Positions 57,288 through 64,000 of a stretch of 64,000 nucleotides of DNA are shown here, in pieces. Under the pieces are notes generated by a model. It was not told the DNA's origin. It saw only the letters and a program-made list of their open reading frames with translations, and made no database searches. This DNA is from an uncultured Clostridium sp. (GTDB lineage: Bacteria > Bacillota > Clostridia > Oscillospirales > Butyricicoccaceae), in assembly GCA_947427035.1 (NCBI GenBank), contig CANEGK010000005.1, forward strand, positions 1 to 64,000, in the 5' to 3' direction. A program made the position numbers and the translations under genes. Position 1 is the first letter of the stretch, and every line of letters starts with the position of its first letter.

Positions 57288-57758
57288 ATGAGTAAACCAA
57301 TGGATACAATCTGCGGTGTGGACTGCACAGCGTGCAGTATGCAGCACGAATGCGGCGGGTGCGCCCGGACAAACGGCCGTCCCTTCGGCGGCGAATGCGT
57401 GCTGGCGGCCTGCTGCCGGCGCAGCGGGTATGAGGATTGCGGCGGGTGCGCCGCCCTGCCTTGCAGGCTCAAAGAACAGCTTATCGCAGAATTTAACGCG
57501 CTCGGCATCGAAGATATGGCGCAGGTCACCGGGCTCAACGCGCTCAGAGGCTCGTTCATCAACCTGGAATACGCGCTGCCGGGCGGGCAAACGGTCAAGC
57601 TGCTGGAAGACGGCAGGATTTATCTGGGGAATCAGGTTTGCAAAAAGGGCAGCGACCGCTGTTACGGCCTGGCCGCCGACGAAAACCGGCTGCTGGTCTG
57701 CGAATACGGCGAAGGCGGCTCGGATGCGGAAATCATTCTGTATAAAAAGAGAAAATAG
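57288..57758 (+). CDS. cysteine-rich protein (DUF3795-like)
   Basis: The N-terminal CGVDCTACSMQHECGGC...C motif cluster. AGGAGG RBS. The start may instead be the ATG at 57300. Confidence 0.55.
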   Translation: MSKPMDTICGVDCTACSMQHECGGCARTNGRPFGGECVLAACCRRSGYEDCGGCAALPCRLKEQLIAEFNALGIEDMAQVTGLNALRGSFINLEYALPGGQTVKLLEDGRIYLGNQVCKKGSDRCYGLAADENRLLVCEYGEGGSDAEIILYKKRK

Positions 57759-57807
57759 ACGTAAAAAAGCCCTCTGTTTTGCCAAAACAGAGGGCTTTGC
57801 AGGTATT

Positions 57808-59697
57808 TTACTTCAAAAGATTGCTGTTGTTGACAATGGCGGCGCTGTACAGCAGTAGGATATCGGCATCGGTGAAGTCGACATGCTGGGACAGCAGCTT
57901 GCTGGGCAGATACCGCAGATCGACAACCGTAATCTTAGAATACTGCTCGAGCAGCAGGGGCGCCAGGCTGCTGCCGTAGGAATCGGAAAAGAGCACCAGA
58001 TGCCGTTCCCGCTTGGCGCTGGGGCAGTTGATGACGGTCAGCGGGCTGAGGCCAGACAGGAAGACGTCGTAGGCCGAACTGCCTTCGAGCAGGGCGGTGT
58101 TGTAAACCATGGTACCCGCGGGGGTCTGCATGTTGGAAACGCTGGCCGCTTCGGTATACGGGCTGGTCAGCCAGGTGATGGTCTCGGGCTTTATGCCGTC
58201 GACCAGGCGGCCGTAAGAGCCGGTAAAGCCGTTTTCGCGACGCTGCGGTGAAAAGGCCGAGGCGTCAATGCTGAAGCCCATTTTTTCGCCCAGCGCGTTG
58301 ACTACCCCCAAAAGCTCTTCCTGCTTCCAGTGCGGGTCCGTCAGGTAAAAATCATCAAGCGCCAGCTCGTCTGCGATGTCGATGAGGTTCCAGTCAAACA
58401 GCTGATTGCGCACTGCGCTCATCATGGCATCGTGGCTCAGGTACCGGGCAACCTGCGCGCGGGCATAGTAGCTTTTGTCGGGGATGATGGAGAGGTAGAC
58501 GTCATTTTCGGGGAAGTTGGCCTCGGCCAGCGCCGTCATCTTTTCCGTAAAAAGCGCGATGGACGCGCTGTCGAGCTCGGCCGGATTTTCGACGTATGTA
58601 TCGCCGACCTTCATCATGCCGTTGGCGTCGGGCACGGGCAGTGTGGAATCGAGCGAGCGGAAGGCGTTGGCCAGCGCGTTGCCGTATTCATTATCCATGG
58701 CGAGCAGAACCAGGTTGCCGATGCTTTCGACAAAAACGTTGCCCTCGTCGACGCCGACACAGATCCACTTGCGGGGGTTGACGTTTTCGCGAATGGCCTT
58801 TTTGGCGGCCTCGACGTCAGCCCCTTCAGGCAGGCGGAGCAGGCAGACGGAATGCGCCATTGTCATCATCATGGGCTCGGCGGCCAGGCCCTCGGCAATC
58901 TTCACCGAGTCGGTCCCAAGGTAATACTGAATATTTTCATCGGTGATGTCCGCTTCCAGCAGACGGCTGGTTTCAATCTGCCCGCCCACTTTGGCATAAA
59001 GCCACGCCATGATCATGGGCAGTTCGCTGTCAGCGGTCACCGTTTCACCGGTCAGAACCCGGGCGACGCGAAGCGAAAGCTCGCTCAAGCGCATTTCACT
59101 GACCATTTTCTGCGCCAGAGTCATATCGCTGCCCTGTACTTTGGCGTCCAGCGCTGCGTAACAGAGCGAAACCATGTCGCCGCGCAGAAAGTTTGTCAGA
59201 TCGACATCCCCGGGCAGCGTCATGGCGTCATGCAGCAGCTGCTGCCAATTGTCCCAGACCGAGCCCTGCTCACCGTCCCGATAGCCGAGGGCACGCAGCA
59301 CAAAGGTGGAAAACATCTGTGCGCTGGCAGGGGATTCGGGATCGAAATGGGTGGCGTCGGCGCCGGTGGTCAGGCCGGTTGAATAGGCATAGGCCAGGTA
59401 CTTGGTTGCATCCTCCCAGCCGGGGGCGTCGGTAAAGGGGTGCGTGTACTCTTCGCCGTACAGGGCGGTCGTTTCCTCGCCCAGCAGGCGGATGAGCATG
59501 ATGATGGCTTCCATACGGGTGGGGGCGCGGTTCAGCTCGTACCCATTGTCCGAGCCGCGCAGCAGCGACATGGCTTTGAGCGCATCGGCCTTTTGCTCGG
59601 CTGTAGCCGCGTCATAAGCGGCGGCGGACGGGATAAAGCCGGCGAACAGGCACAAAACGAGCGCCGAAGCCGCCAGCCTGCGGAAAATACGGTTCAT
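57808..59697 (-). CDS. secreted protein with signal peptide, N-terminal SLH-like repeat and large extracellular domain
   Basis: AGGAGG RBS and the signal peptide MNRIFRRLAASALVLCLFAGFIPSAAA. The segment YELNRAPTRMEAIIMLIRLLG resembles an SLH motif. The C-terminal LVLFSDSYGSS is an SGNH/DltD-like motif (weak). Confidence 0.5.
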   Translation of the reverse strand: MNRIFRRLAASALVLCLFAGFIPSAAAYDAATAEQKADALKAMSLLRGSDNGYELNRAPTRMEAIIMLIRLLGEETTALYGEEYTHPFTDAPGWEDATKYLAYAYSTGLTTGADATHFDPESPASAQMFSTFVLRALGYRDGEQGSVWDNWQQLLHDAMTLPGDVDLTNFLRGDMVSLCYAALDAKVQGSDMTLAQKMVSEMRLSELSLRVARVLTGETVTADSELPMIMAWLYAKVGGQIETSRLLEADITDENIQYYLGTDSVKIAEGLAAEPMMMTMAHSVCLLRLPEGADVEAAKKAIRENVNPRKWICVGVDEGNVFVESIGNLVLLAMDNEYGNALANAFRSLDSTLPVPDANGMMKVGDTYVENPAELDSASIALFTEKMTALAEANFPENDVYLSIIPDKSYYARAQVARYLSHDAMMSAVRNQLFDWNLIDIADELALDDFYLTDPHWKQEELLGVVNALGEKMGFSIDASAFSPQRRENGFTGSYGRLVDGIKPETITWLTSPYTEAASVSNMQTPAGTMVYNTALLEGSSAYDVFLSGLSPLTVINCPSAKRERHLVLFSDSYGSSLAPLLLEQYSKITVVDLRYLPSKLLSQHVDFTDADILLLYSAAIVNNSNLLK

Positions 59698-59769
59698 GTT
59701 GTTGTTCCTCCTCTAACGGATAATAGAGTATCGGTGGTATTAGACGGCGAAAAACAGAAAAGGTTCCCG

Positions 59770-59802
59770 AAAAATAAAAAGCGGCGGCTTGGGGCCGCCG
59801 CC
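59770..59802 (-). terminator. Rho-independent terminator after dapH
   Basis: gcggcggccccaagccgccgc followed by UUUUUAUUUUU on the minus strand. Confidence 0.7.
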
Positions 59803-59812
59803 TGCAAATCCC

Positions 59813-60508
59813 TCACAGCGCGCGCAGAGCGTCGACGATTTCCGTCTTCTGCATGGTCCGTTCGTCCTTCTGCTTGATAATGCGCGCCGGCACGCCGGCT
59901 ACCACGACGCCGGGCGGGACGTCGCTGACGACGACGGCCCCGGCGGCGACAACGGCCCCGGCCCCGACGCGGCAGCCTTCGAGCACGACGGCGTTGGCCC
60001 CGATGACAACATCGTCTTCAATGACGACAGGTACGGCGCTGGCCGGTTCAACAACGCCGGCCAGAACGGCGCCGGCGCCGATGTGGCAGTTTTTCCCGAC
60101 CGTGGCGCGGCCGCCCAGTACAACCCCCATGTCGATCATGGTGCCGGTGCCGACAACGGCGCCGATGTTGATGACGGCCCCCATCATGATGACGGCGTTG
60201 TCGCCGATTTCCACCTGATCCCGAATGGTGCAGCCCGGCTCAATGCGGGCGTTGAGCCCTTTGATGTCCAGCAGGGGAATGGCGCTGTTGCGGCGGTCGC
60301 TGTCGATCACCAGCTGTTCGATGTCGCCGGCGCGCGCCGCCAAAACCGGCTCGATATCGCGCCATTCGCCGCAGACGATTTTAAGGCTGCCGCTGCCGAA
60401 TACCGTGCAGCCGGGGAAATCGACGGGCGTTTTCTCGCTCAGCGTCACGCGCACCGGCGTCTTTTTGTCGGCCGCGCGGATAGTTTCGATGATTTCCTGT
60501 GCATTCAT
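59813..60508 (-). CDS. dapH: 2,3,4,5-tetrahydropyridine-2,6-dicarboxylate N-acetyltransferase
   Basis: Hexapeptide-repeat LbH acyltransferase with the DapH-type N-terminus. It overlaps the dapB stop by 4 bp. Confidence 0.85.
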   Translation of the reverse strand: MNAQEIIETIRAADKKTPVRVTLSEKTPVDFPGCTVFGSGSLKIVCGEWRDIEPVLAARAGDIEQLVIDSDRRNSAIPLLDIKGLNARIEPGCTIRDQVEIGDNAVIMMGAVINIGAVVGTGTMIDMGVVLGGRATVGKNCHIGAGAVLAGVVEPASAVPVVIEDDVVIGANAVVLEGCRVGAGAVVAAGAVVVSDVPPGVVVAGVPARIIKQKDERTMQKTEIVDALRAL

Positions 60509-61248
60509 ATGCTTTTTCCTCCAAACAAAACGTCATCCATGGTGTAAAGCCCGCGGGGAGCCGAAGCGGCAAAGAGCGCAGCGCGCAAAGCGCCGGCGGC
60601 AAACAGCCGTCGGGACTGCGCGGTGTGCCGGATGCTTAAAACCTCGTCCTCGCCGGCGAAAAGCACCTCGTGTTCGCCGACAATGGTGCCGCCGCGCACG
60701 GCGTGAATGCCGATTTCCCCCTTTTTGCGCGGCGCGACGCCGTCGCGCCCATGCACTTCGACAAAATCGCCGCCGCTTTCAACGGCCTGTGCCAGTGCAA
60801 GCGCCGTGCCCGAAGGGGCGTCGATTTTCCGGTTGTGATGCTTTTCGATGATTTCCACGTCAAAACCGGCCAAAACAGGCGCGATGGCGCGCAAAACCCG
60901 CTCCATGACGCAGACGCCGAGCGACATGTTGCGCGAGCGCACAATGGCGGCGAAGGCAGCCAGTCCGGCCAGCTGCTGCTCTTCGCGGGGGGAATAACCG
61001 GTGGTGCACAGCACGGCGGGCGTGCCGTGCGCTTCGATGTACTGCGCCAGCATGGGCAGATTGGCCGGATGGGAAAAGTCGACGATGACGTCAGGCTCTT
61101 CGGCCAGCGCACCGAGCGCGGGCAGACAGGGCGAAGCGGCCAGCGGATCGACCATGCCGACCAGCTTCAGATCAGGATTATCTTCCAGCAATCGGGCGGT
61201 GTTTTGGCCCATGACGCCGCTGCCGACCAGCGCAACGCGTTTTTTCAT
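60505..61248 (-). CDS. dapB: 4-hydroxy-tetrahydrodipicolinate reductase
   Basis: The N-terminal NAD(P)-binding motif [11 protein letters not shown] and the signature E.HH..K.D.PSGTA. Confidence 0.9.
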   Translation of the reverse strand: MKKRVALVGSGVMGQNTARLLEDNPDLKLVGMVDPLAASPCLPALGALAEEPDVIVDFSHPANLPMLAQYIEAHGTPAVLCTTGYSPREEQQLAGLAAFAAIVRSRNMSLGVCVMERVLRAIAPVLAGFDVEIIEKHHNRKIDAPSGTALALAQAVESGGDFVEVHGRDGVAPRKKGEIGIHAVRGGTIVGEHEVLFAGEDEVLSIRHTAQSRRLFAAGALRAALFAASAPRGLYTMDDVLFGGKSI

Positions 61249-61284
61249 AGTTTACTTCCTTTACTGGTGTAATAAAAGATAAGG

Positions 61285-61485
61285 GCCCGGGTGGGGGTCA
61301 GCGAGCTGCGCGAGCGATAAGGGGGAGCCTGCTCCCCTTTATCCGCCATCGGCAGGATTCATTCCGACGATGGCTCCTCTGCCCGCCCCAAGCGCCGCAG
61401 CGCGGCGGCGGAACCGGGCGGCAGCCCGGGTGGGGGTCAGCGAGCTGCGCGAGCGATAAGGGGGAGCCTGCCTCCCCCTTATCCC
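61285..61485. repeat. two 62-bp direct repeats (61285-61346 and 61424-61485), each containing a GATAAGGGGGAGC...GCTCCCCTTATC palindrome
   Basis: The copies are about 95% identical over 62 bp and 139 bp apart, in the dapA-dapB intergenic region. A GC-rich hairpin lies between them. Confidence 0.75.
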
Positions 61486-61522
61486 CCTGCTCCTCCTTAT
61501 TCCCCCCTTATGTGCGTACATT

Positions 61523-62410
61523 TTATGCCAGCACCGCCAGCTGCCTGCGCAGCGTTTCGATATTTCCGGCGTCCATGGGGCCCAGGGGCAGACGGCACGG
61601 GCCGCAGTCAAAGCCGATCAGCTCCATGGCTTTTTTGACGGGAACAGGGTTGGTTTCAATAAAAAGGGCGTTTATCAGCGGCAGCAGTGAAAGCTGAAGC
61701 TCGCGGGCGCGGCGCGCATCGCCCGCCAAGAAGGATGCGACCATGTCATGCGTCTGCCGGGGCGCGACGTTGGCCAGCACCGAAATAACGCCCGATCCGC
61801 CCAGCGAAAGAAGGGGGACGACGCTGTCGTCATTGCCCGAAAGGAGGCAGAAGCCGTCGCCGACCAGCCGGGCGCACTGCGCGGCATAGGAAATGTCGCC
61901 GCTGGCCTCTTTGATGCCGACGATGTTGGGGACGCGGGCAAGCTCGGCCAGCACGTCGATGGAAATGGAGCAGCCGGTGCGGCCGGGGACGTTGTACAGG
62001 ATGACGGGCAGGGATGTGGCCGCCGCCACCGTTTCGAAGTGGGCGCGCATCCCGCTTTTGTTGGCCTTGTTGTAATAGGGCGTGACGACGAGCAGCCCGT
62101 CGGCGCCCAGCGCTTCATACTGCCGGGCCAGCTCGGCGGCGTGCTGCGTATTGTTGGAGCCGGCGCCGACAATGACGGGAATGCGGCCGCCGGCACGGTC
62201 GATGACGCGGCGGGCGACGGCTTCTTTTTCCCCGTCGTTCAGCGTGGGAGTCTCGGCCGTTGTGCCGAGGGCGACAATGCCGTCGGTCCCGTTTGCGAGG
62301 TGAAAGTCGACCAGGCGGTCGAGCATGTCGAAGTCAACCCCGCCGTGGGAAGCAAAGGGGGTGACGAGAGCGACCAGAGAGCCGCTGAAGGTTCGGACGG
62401 GCTTTTGCAT
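61523..62410 (-). CDS. dapA: 4-hydroxy-tetrahydrodipicolinate synthase
   Basis: The Schiff-base Lys region (GIKEASGD) and YNVPGRTG. The start was re-placed after AAGGAGG. Confidence 0.9.
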   Translation of the reverse strand: MQKPVRTFSGSLVALVTPFASHGGVDFDMLDRLVDFHLANGTDGIVALGTTAETPTLNDGEKEAVARRVIDRAGGRIPVIVGAGSNNTQHAAELARQYEALGADGLLVVTPYYNKANKSGMRAHFETVAAATSLPVILYNVPGRTGCSISIDVLAELARVPNIVGIKEASGDISYAAQCARLVGDGFCLLSGNDDSVVPLLSLGGSGVISVLANVAPRQTHDMVASFLAGDARRARELQLSLLPLINALFIETNPVPVKKAMELIGFDCGPCRLPLGPMDAGNIETLRRQLAVLA

Positions 62411-62423
62411 GGTGTATTCCTCC

Positions 62424-63626
62424 TTACAAATCAAACGCGCGGGCAAGGGCGGCGACCGCTTTGCCCTTGTTTTCCGGGTCAATGGTGAACGAAATCGAGA
62501 TTTCCGACGTCGTTATCTGGTAATAGGGTATGCCGGCGTCGGCCAAAACGCCAAAAACCCGGGCGGCCACGCCGGTGTGCGTCGCCATGCCGACGCCGAC
62601 CACGCTGATTTGCGTATAGCCGCTGCGGATGTCAGGTTCGAGCGCGCCCAGCGTTTCACTGCTTTGCAGAGCGGCGCGCAGCTCGGCGGCCTGCGCGTCG
62701 GGGCAGCTGAAGGAAAAAGCGATTTTGCCGCCGATGACGTTTTGATTGATGATATCCAGGTTGATGCGGCTTTGCGCAATCAGGTCAAAGGCCGAGGCCA
62801 CGCTGTTTGATGCGTATTCCATGGGCGGAAAGGAGACAATGGTGCAGCCGTCCTTGATGCTGATGCCGGTGATAGGCATATCTTCAAACATGATTTTTTC
62901 CTGTGACATAACGGTGGTTCCCTTTCTTTCGGTTTCAAGAGTGCGGCCCAGGTACAGCTCGACGCCGTATTTTTTTGCGAGCTCGACGCAGCGCGTTTCC
63001 AGAACGCCGGCGCCGCAAACGGACATTTCCATCATTTCTTCATACGAGATGCGCTTCAAGGGCCGGGCGCCCGGGTACAGGCGCGGGTCGACGGTATAGA
63101 CGGCGTCGACATCGGTGTAGATATCGCACGCGCAGCCCAGCGCCGCGGCCAGCGCAACGGCCGTCGTGTCCGATCCGCCGCGGCCCAGCGTGGTGATGTC
63201 GCCGCCCTCGGTAATGCCCTGAAAGCCGGCGGCCACAACGACCTTTCCCTCTTGCAGGCAGCGTTCGATGCGGTCGGTGCGGACTTCTTTGATAAAGGCG
63301 CGCGAATGCGCGTCGTCGGTGATAAAGCCCGACTGAAAGCCGGTCATGGAAACGGCGTCGCAGCCGAGGCTCTGCAGAGCCATCGCCATCAGCGTCACCG
63401 TCTGGATTTCGCCGGTGGACAAAAGCGCGTCCAGCTCCCGCCGGCTGGGTGAAGAAGAAATTTGCCCGGCCATAGAGAGCAGGCCGTTTGTTGTTTTGCC
63501 CATTGCGCTGCAAACGACGACCAGCTCGTGCCCCTGTGCGCGCAGCCCGGCAATTCGCCGCGCGATGGCCTGGATCTGCTCGGCAGTGGCCACCGAGCTT
63601 CCGCCATATTTGTGAACGATTCTCAT
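62424..63626 (-). CDS. lysC: aspartate kinase
   Basis: MRIVHKYGGSSV and the C-terminal ACT domains. The start was re-placed 8 nt after GGGAGG. The track's N-terminal extension is in fact the riboswitch. Confidence 0.9.
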   Translation of the reverse strand: MRIVHKYGGSSVATAEQIQAIARRIAGLRAQGHELVVVCSAMGKTTNGLLSMAGQISSSPSRRELDALLSTGEIQTVTLMAMALQSLGCDAVSMTGFQSGFITDDAHSRAFIKEVRTDRIERCLQEGKVVVAAGFQGITEGGDITTLGRGGSDTTAVALAAALGCACDIYTDVDAVYTVDPRLYPGARPLKRISYEEMMEMSVCGAGVLETRCVELAKKYGVELYLGRTLETERKGTTVMSQEKIMFEDMPITGISIKDGCTIVSFPPMEYASNSVASAFDLIAQSRINLDIINQNVIGGKIAFSFSCPDAQAAELRAALQSSETLGALEPDIRSGYTQISVVGVGMATHTGVAARVFGVLADAGIPYYQITTSEISISFTIDPENKGKAVAALARAFDL

Positions 63627-63670
63627 GTTTTCCGCCTCCCGGGAATGAATGTGTGTGCAAGCTCCCGGCC

Positions 63671-63892
63671 GCAAAAAAAGCCGGAAGAGCAGCAGAGATG
63701 CTCTTACCGGCTGAAAAATGCGCAGAGTAAGATAGCACAACTGCAAACAGATTGCAGACAGTCCTGCGGCTGTTGACCGCAGACCCACCGCCTGCGCACG
63801 CCTGCGCAGACAGTTCGGCGGATGTGCCTTTCGCCACCTTCGCAGCCTGCCGGCTCCAGTGGGTACTCATCGTCTCCGCGCCTCTATCAATG
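63671..63892 (-). promoter_or_regulatory. lysine riboswitch (L-box) with intrinsic terminator in the lysC leader
   Basis: The minus-strand sequence GAUAGAGGCGCGGAGACGAUGAGUAC...GGAG...GCUGCGAAGG...GAAAGG...CCGCCGAACUGUC matches the L-box core. The P1 3' strand is GCUAUCU. The terminator gccggUAAGAGC...GCUCUUCCGGC is followed by U7. Confidence 0.85.
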
Positions 63893-63900
63893 TTCCCCAT

Positions 63901-63935
63901 CATACCACGCAAAACGGCGCTTGTAAACAGCCGGA
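63901..63935 (-). promoter_or_regulatory. promoter of the L-box-lysC operon (TTTACA-17-TGgTATGAT, extended -10)
   Basis: Read on the minus strand, about 10 nt upstream of the riboswitch P1. Confidence 0.5.
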
Positions 63936-64000
63936 TTGCAAAACGCCGGAAAATCTTGCAATATGCCGTGAAAAGAGTATAATTTGAGTGGATTCTTTAT

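Noticed and set aside
63627-63788. 54-codon N-terminal extension of lysC in the track
   Set aside because: This region is the L-box riboswitch expression platform and terminator. The true start is MRIVHKYGGSS with an RBS.

Overview
This window is a high-GC (roughly 60%+) Firmicutes/Clostridia-type chromosomal segment, mostly core metabolism with a few accessory pockets. Support for that reading: AGGAGG-type Shine-Dalgarno sites, a SpoIIE-like sporulation phosphatase, and the classic butyrate/crotonate pathway operon thl-crt-hbd-bcd-etfB-etfA. It also carries the Bacillus-like glmU-prs-pth-mfd synteny, an lrgAB pair, a type-A RNase P RNA gene (rnpB), and an L-box lysine riboswitch in front of lysC-dapA-dapB-dapH. 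Because of the GC content, many long ORFs in the six-frame track are antisense shadows of real genes. Start codons were re-placed using RBS position, so several CDS are shorter than the track entries. Coordinates derived by hand (RNA elements, hairpins, the TGA-containing ORF) may be off by 1-2 nt. The most interesting items for follow-up are: (1) a glutaredoxin-like ORF with an in-frame TGA inside a U-G-G-C redox motif and a SECIS-like hairpin just downstream, which the ORF track missed; (2) a GlmU homolog in the conserved synteny position whose N-terminal uridylyltransferase motifs look degenerate; (3) several repeated hairpin elements: two 62-bp direct repeats between dapA and dapB, paired TTGGTAC...GTACCAA stem-loops before mfd, and a duplicated terminator hairpin cluster; and (4) a GNAT-CPBP protease fusion. 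No CRISPR array, rRNA, tRNA or obvious transposase was seen.
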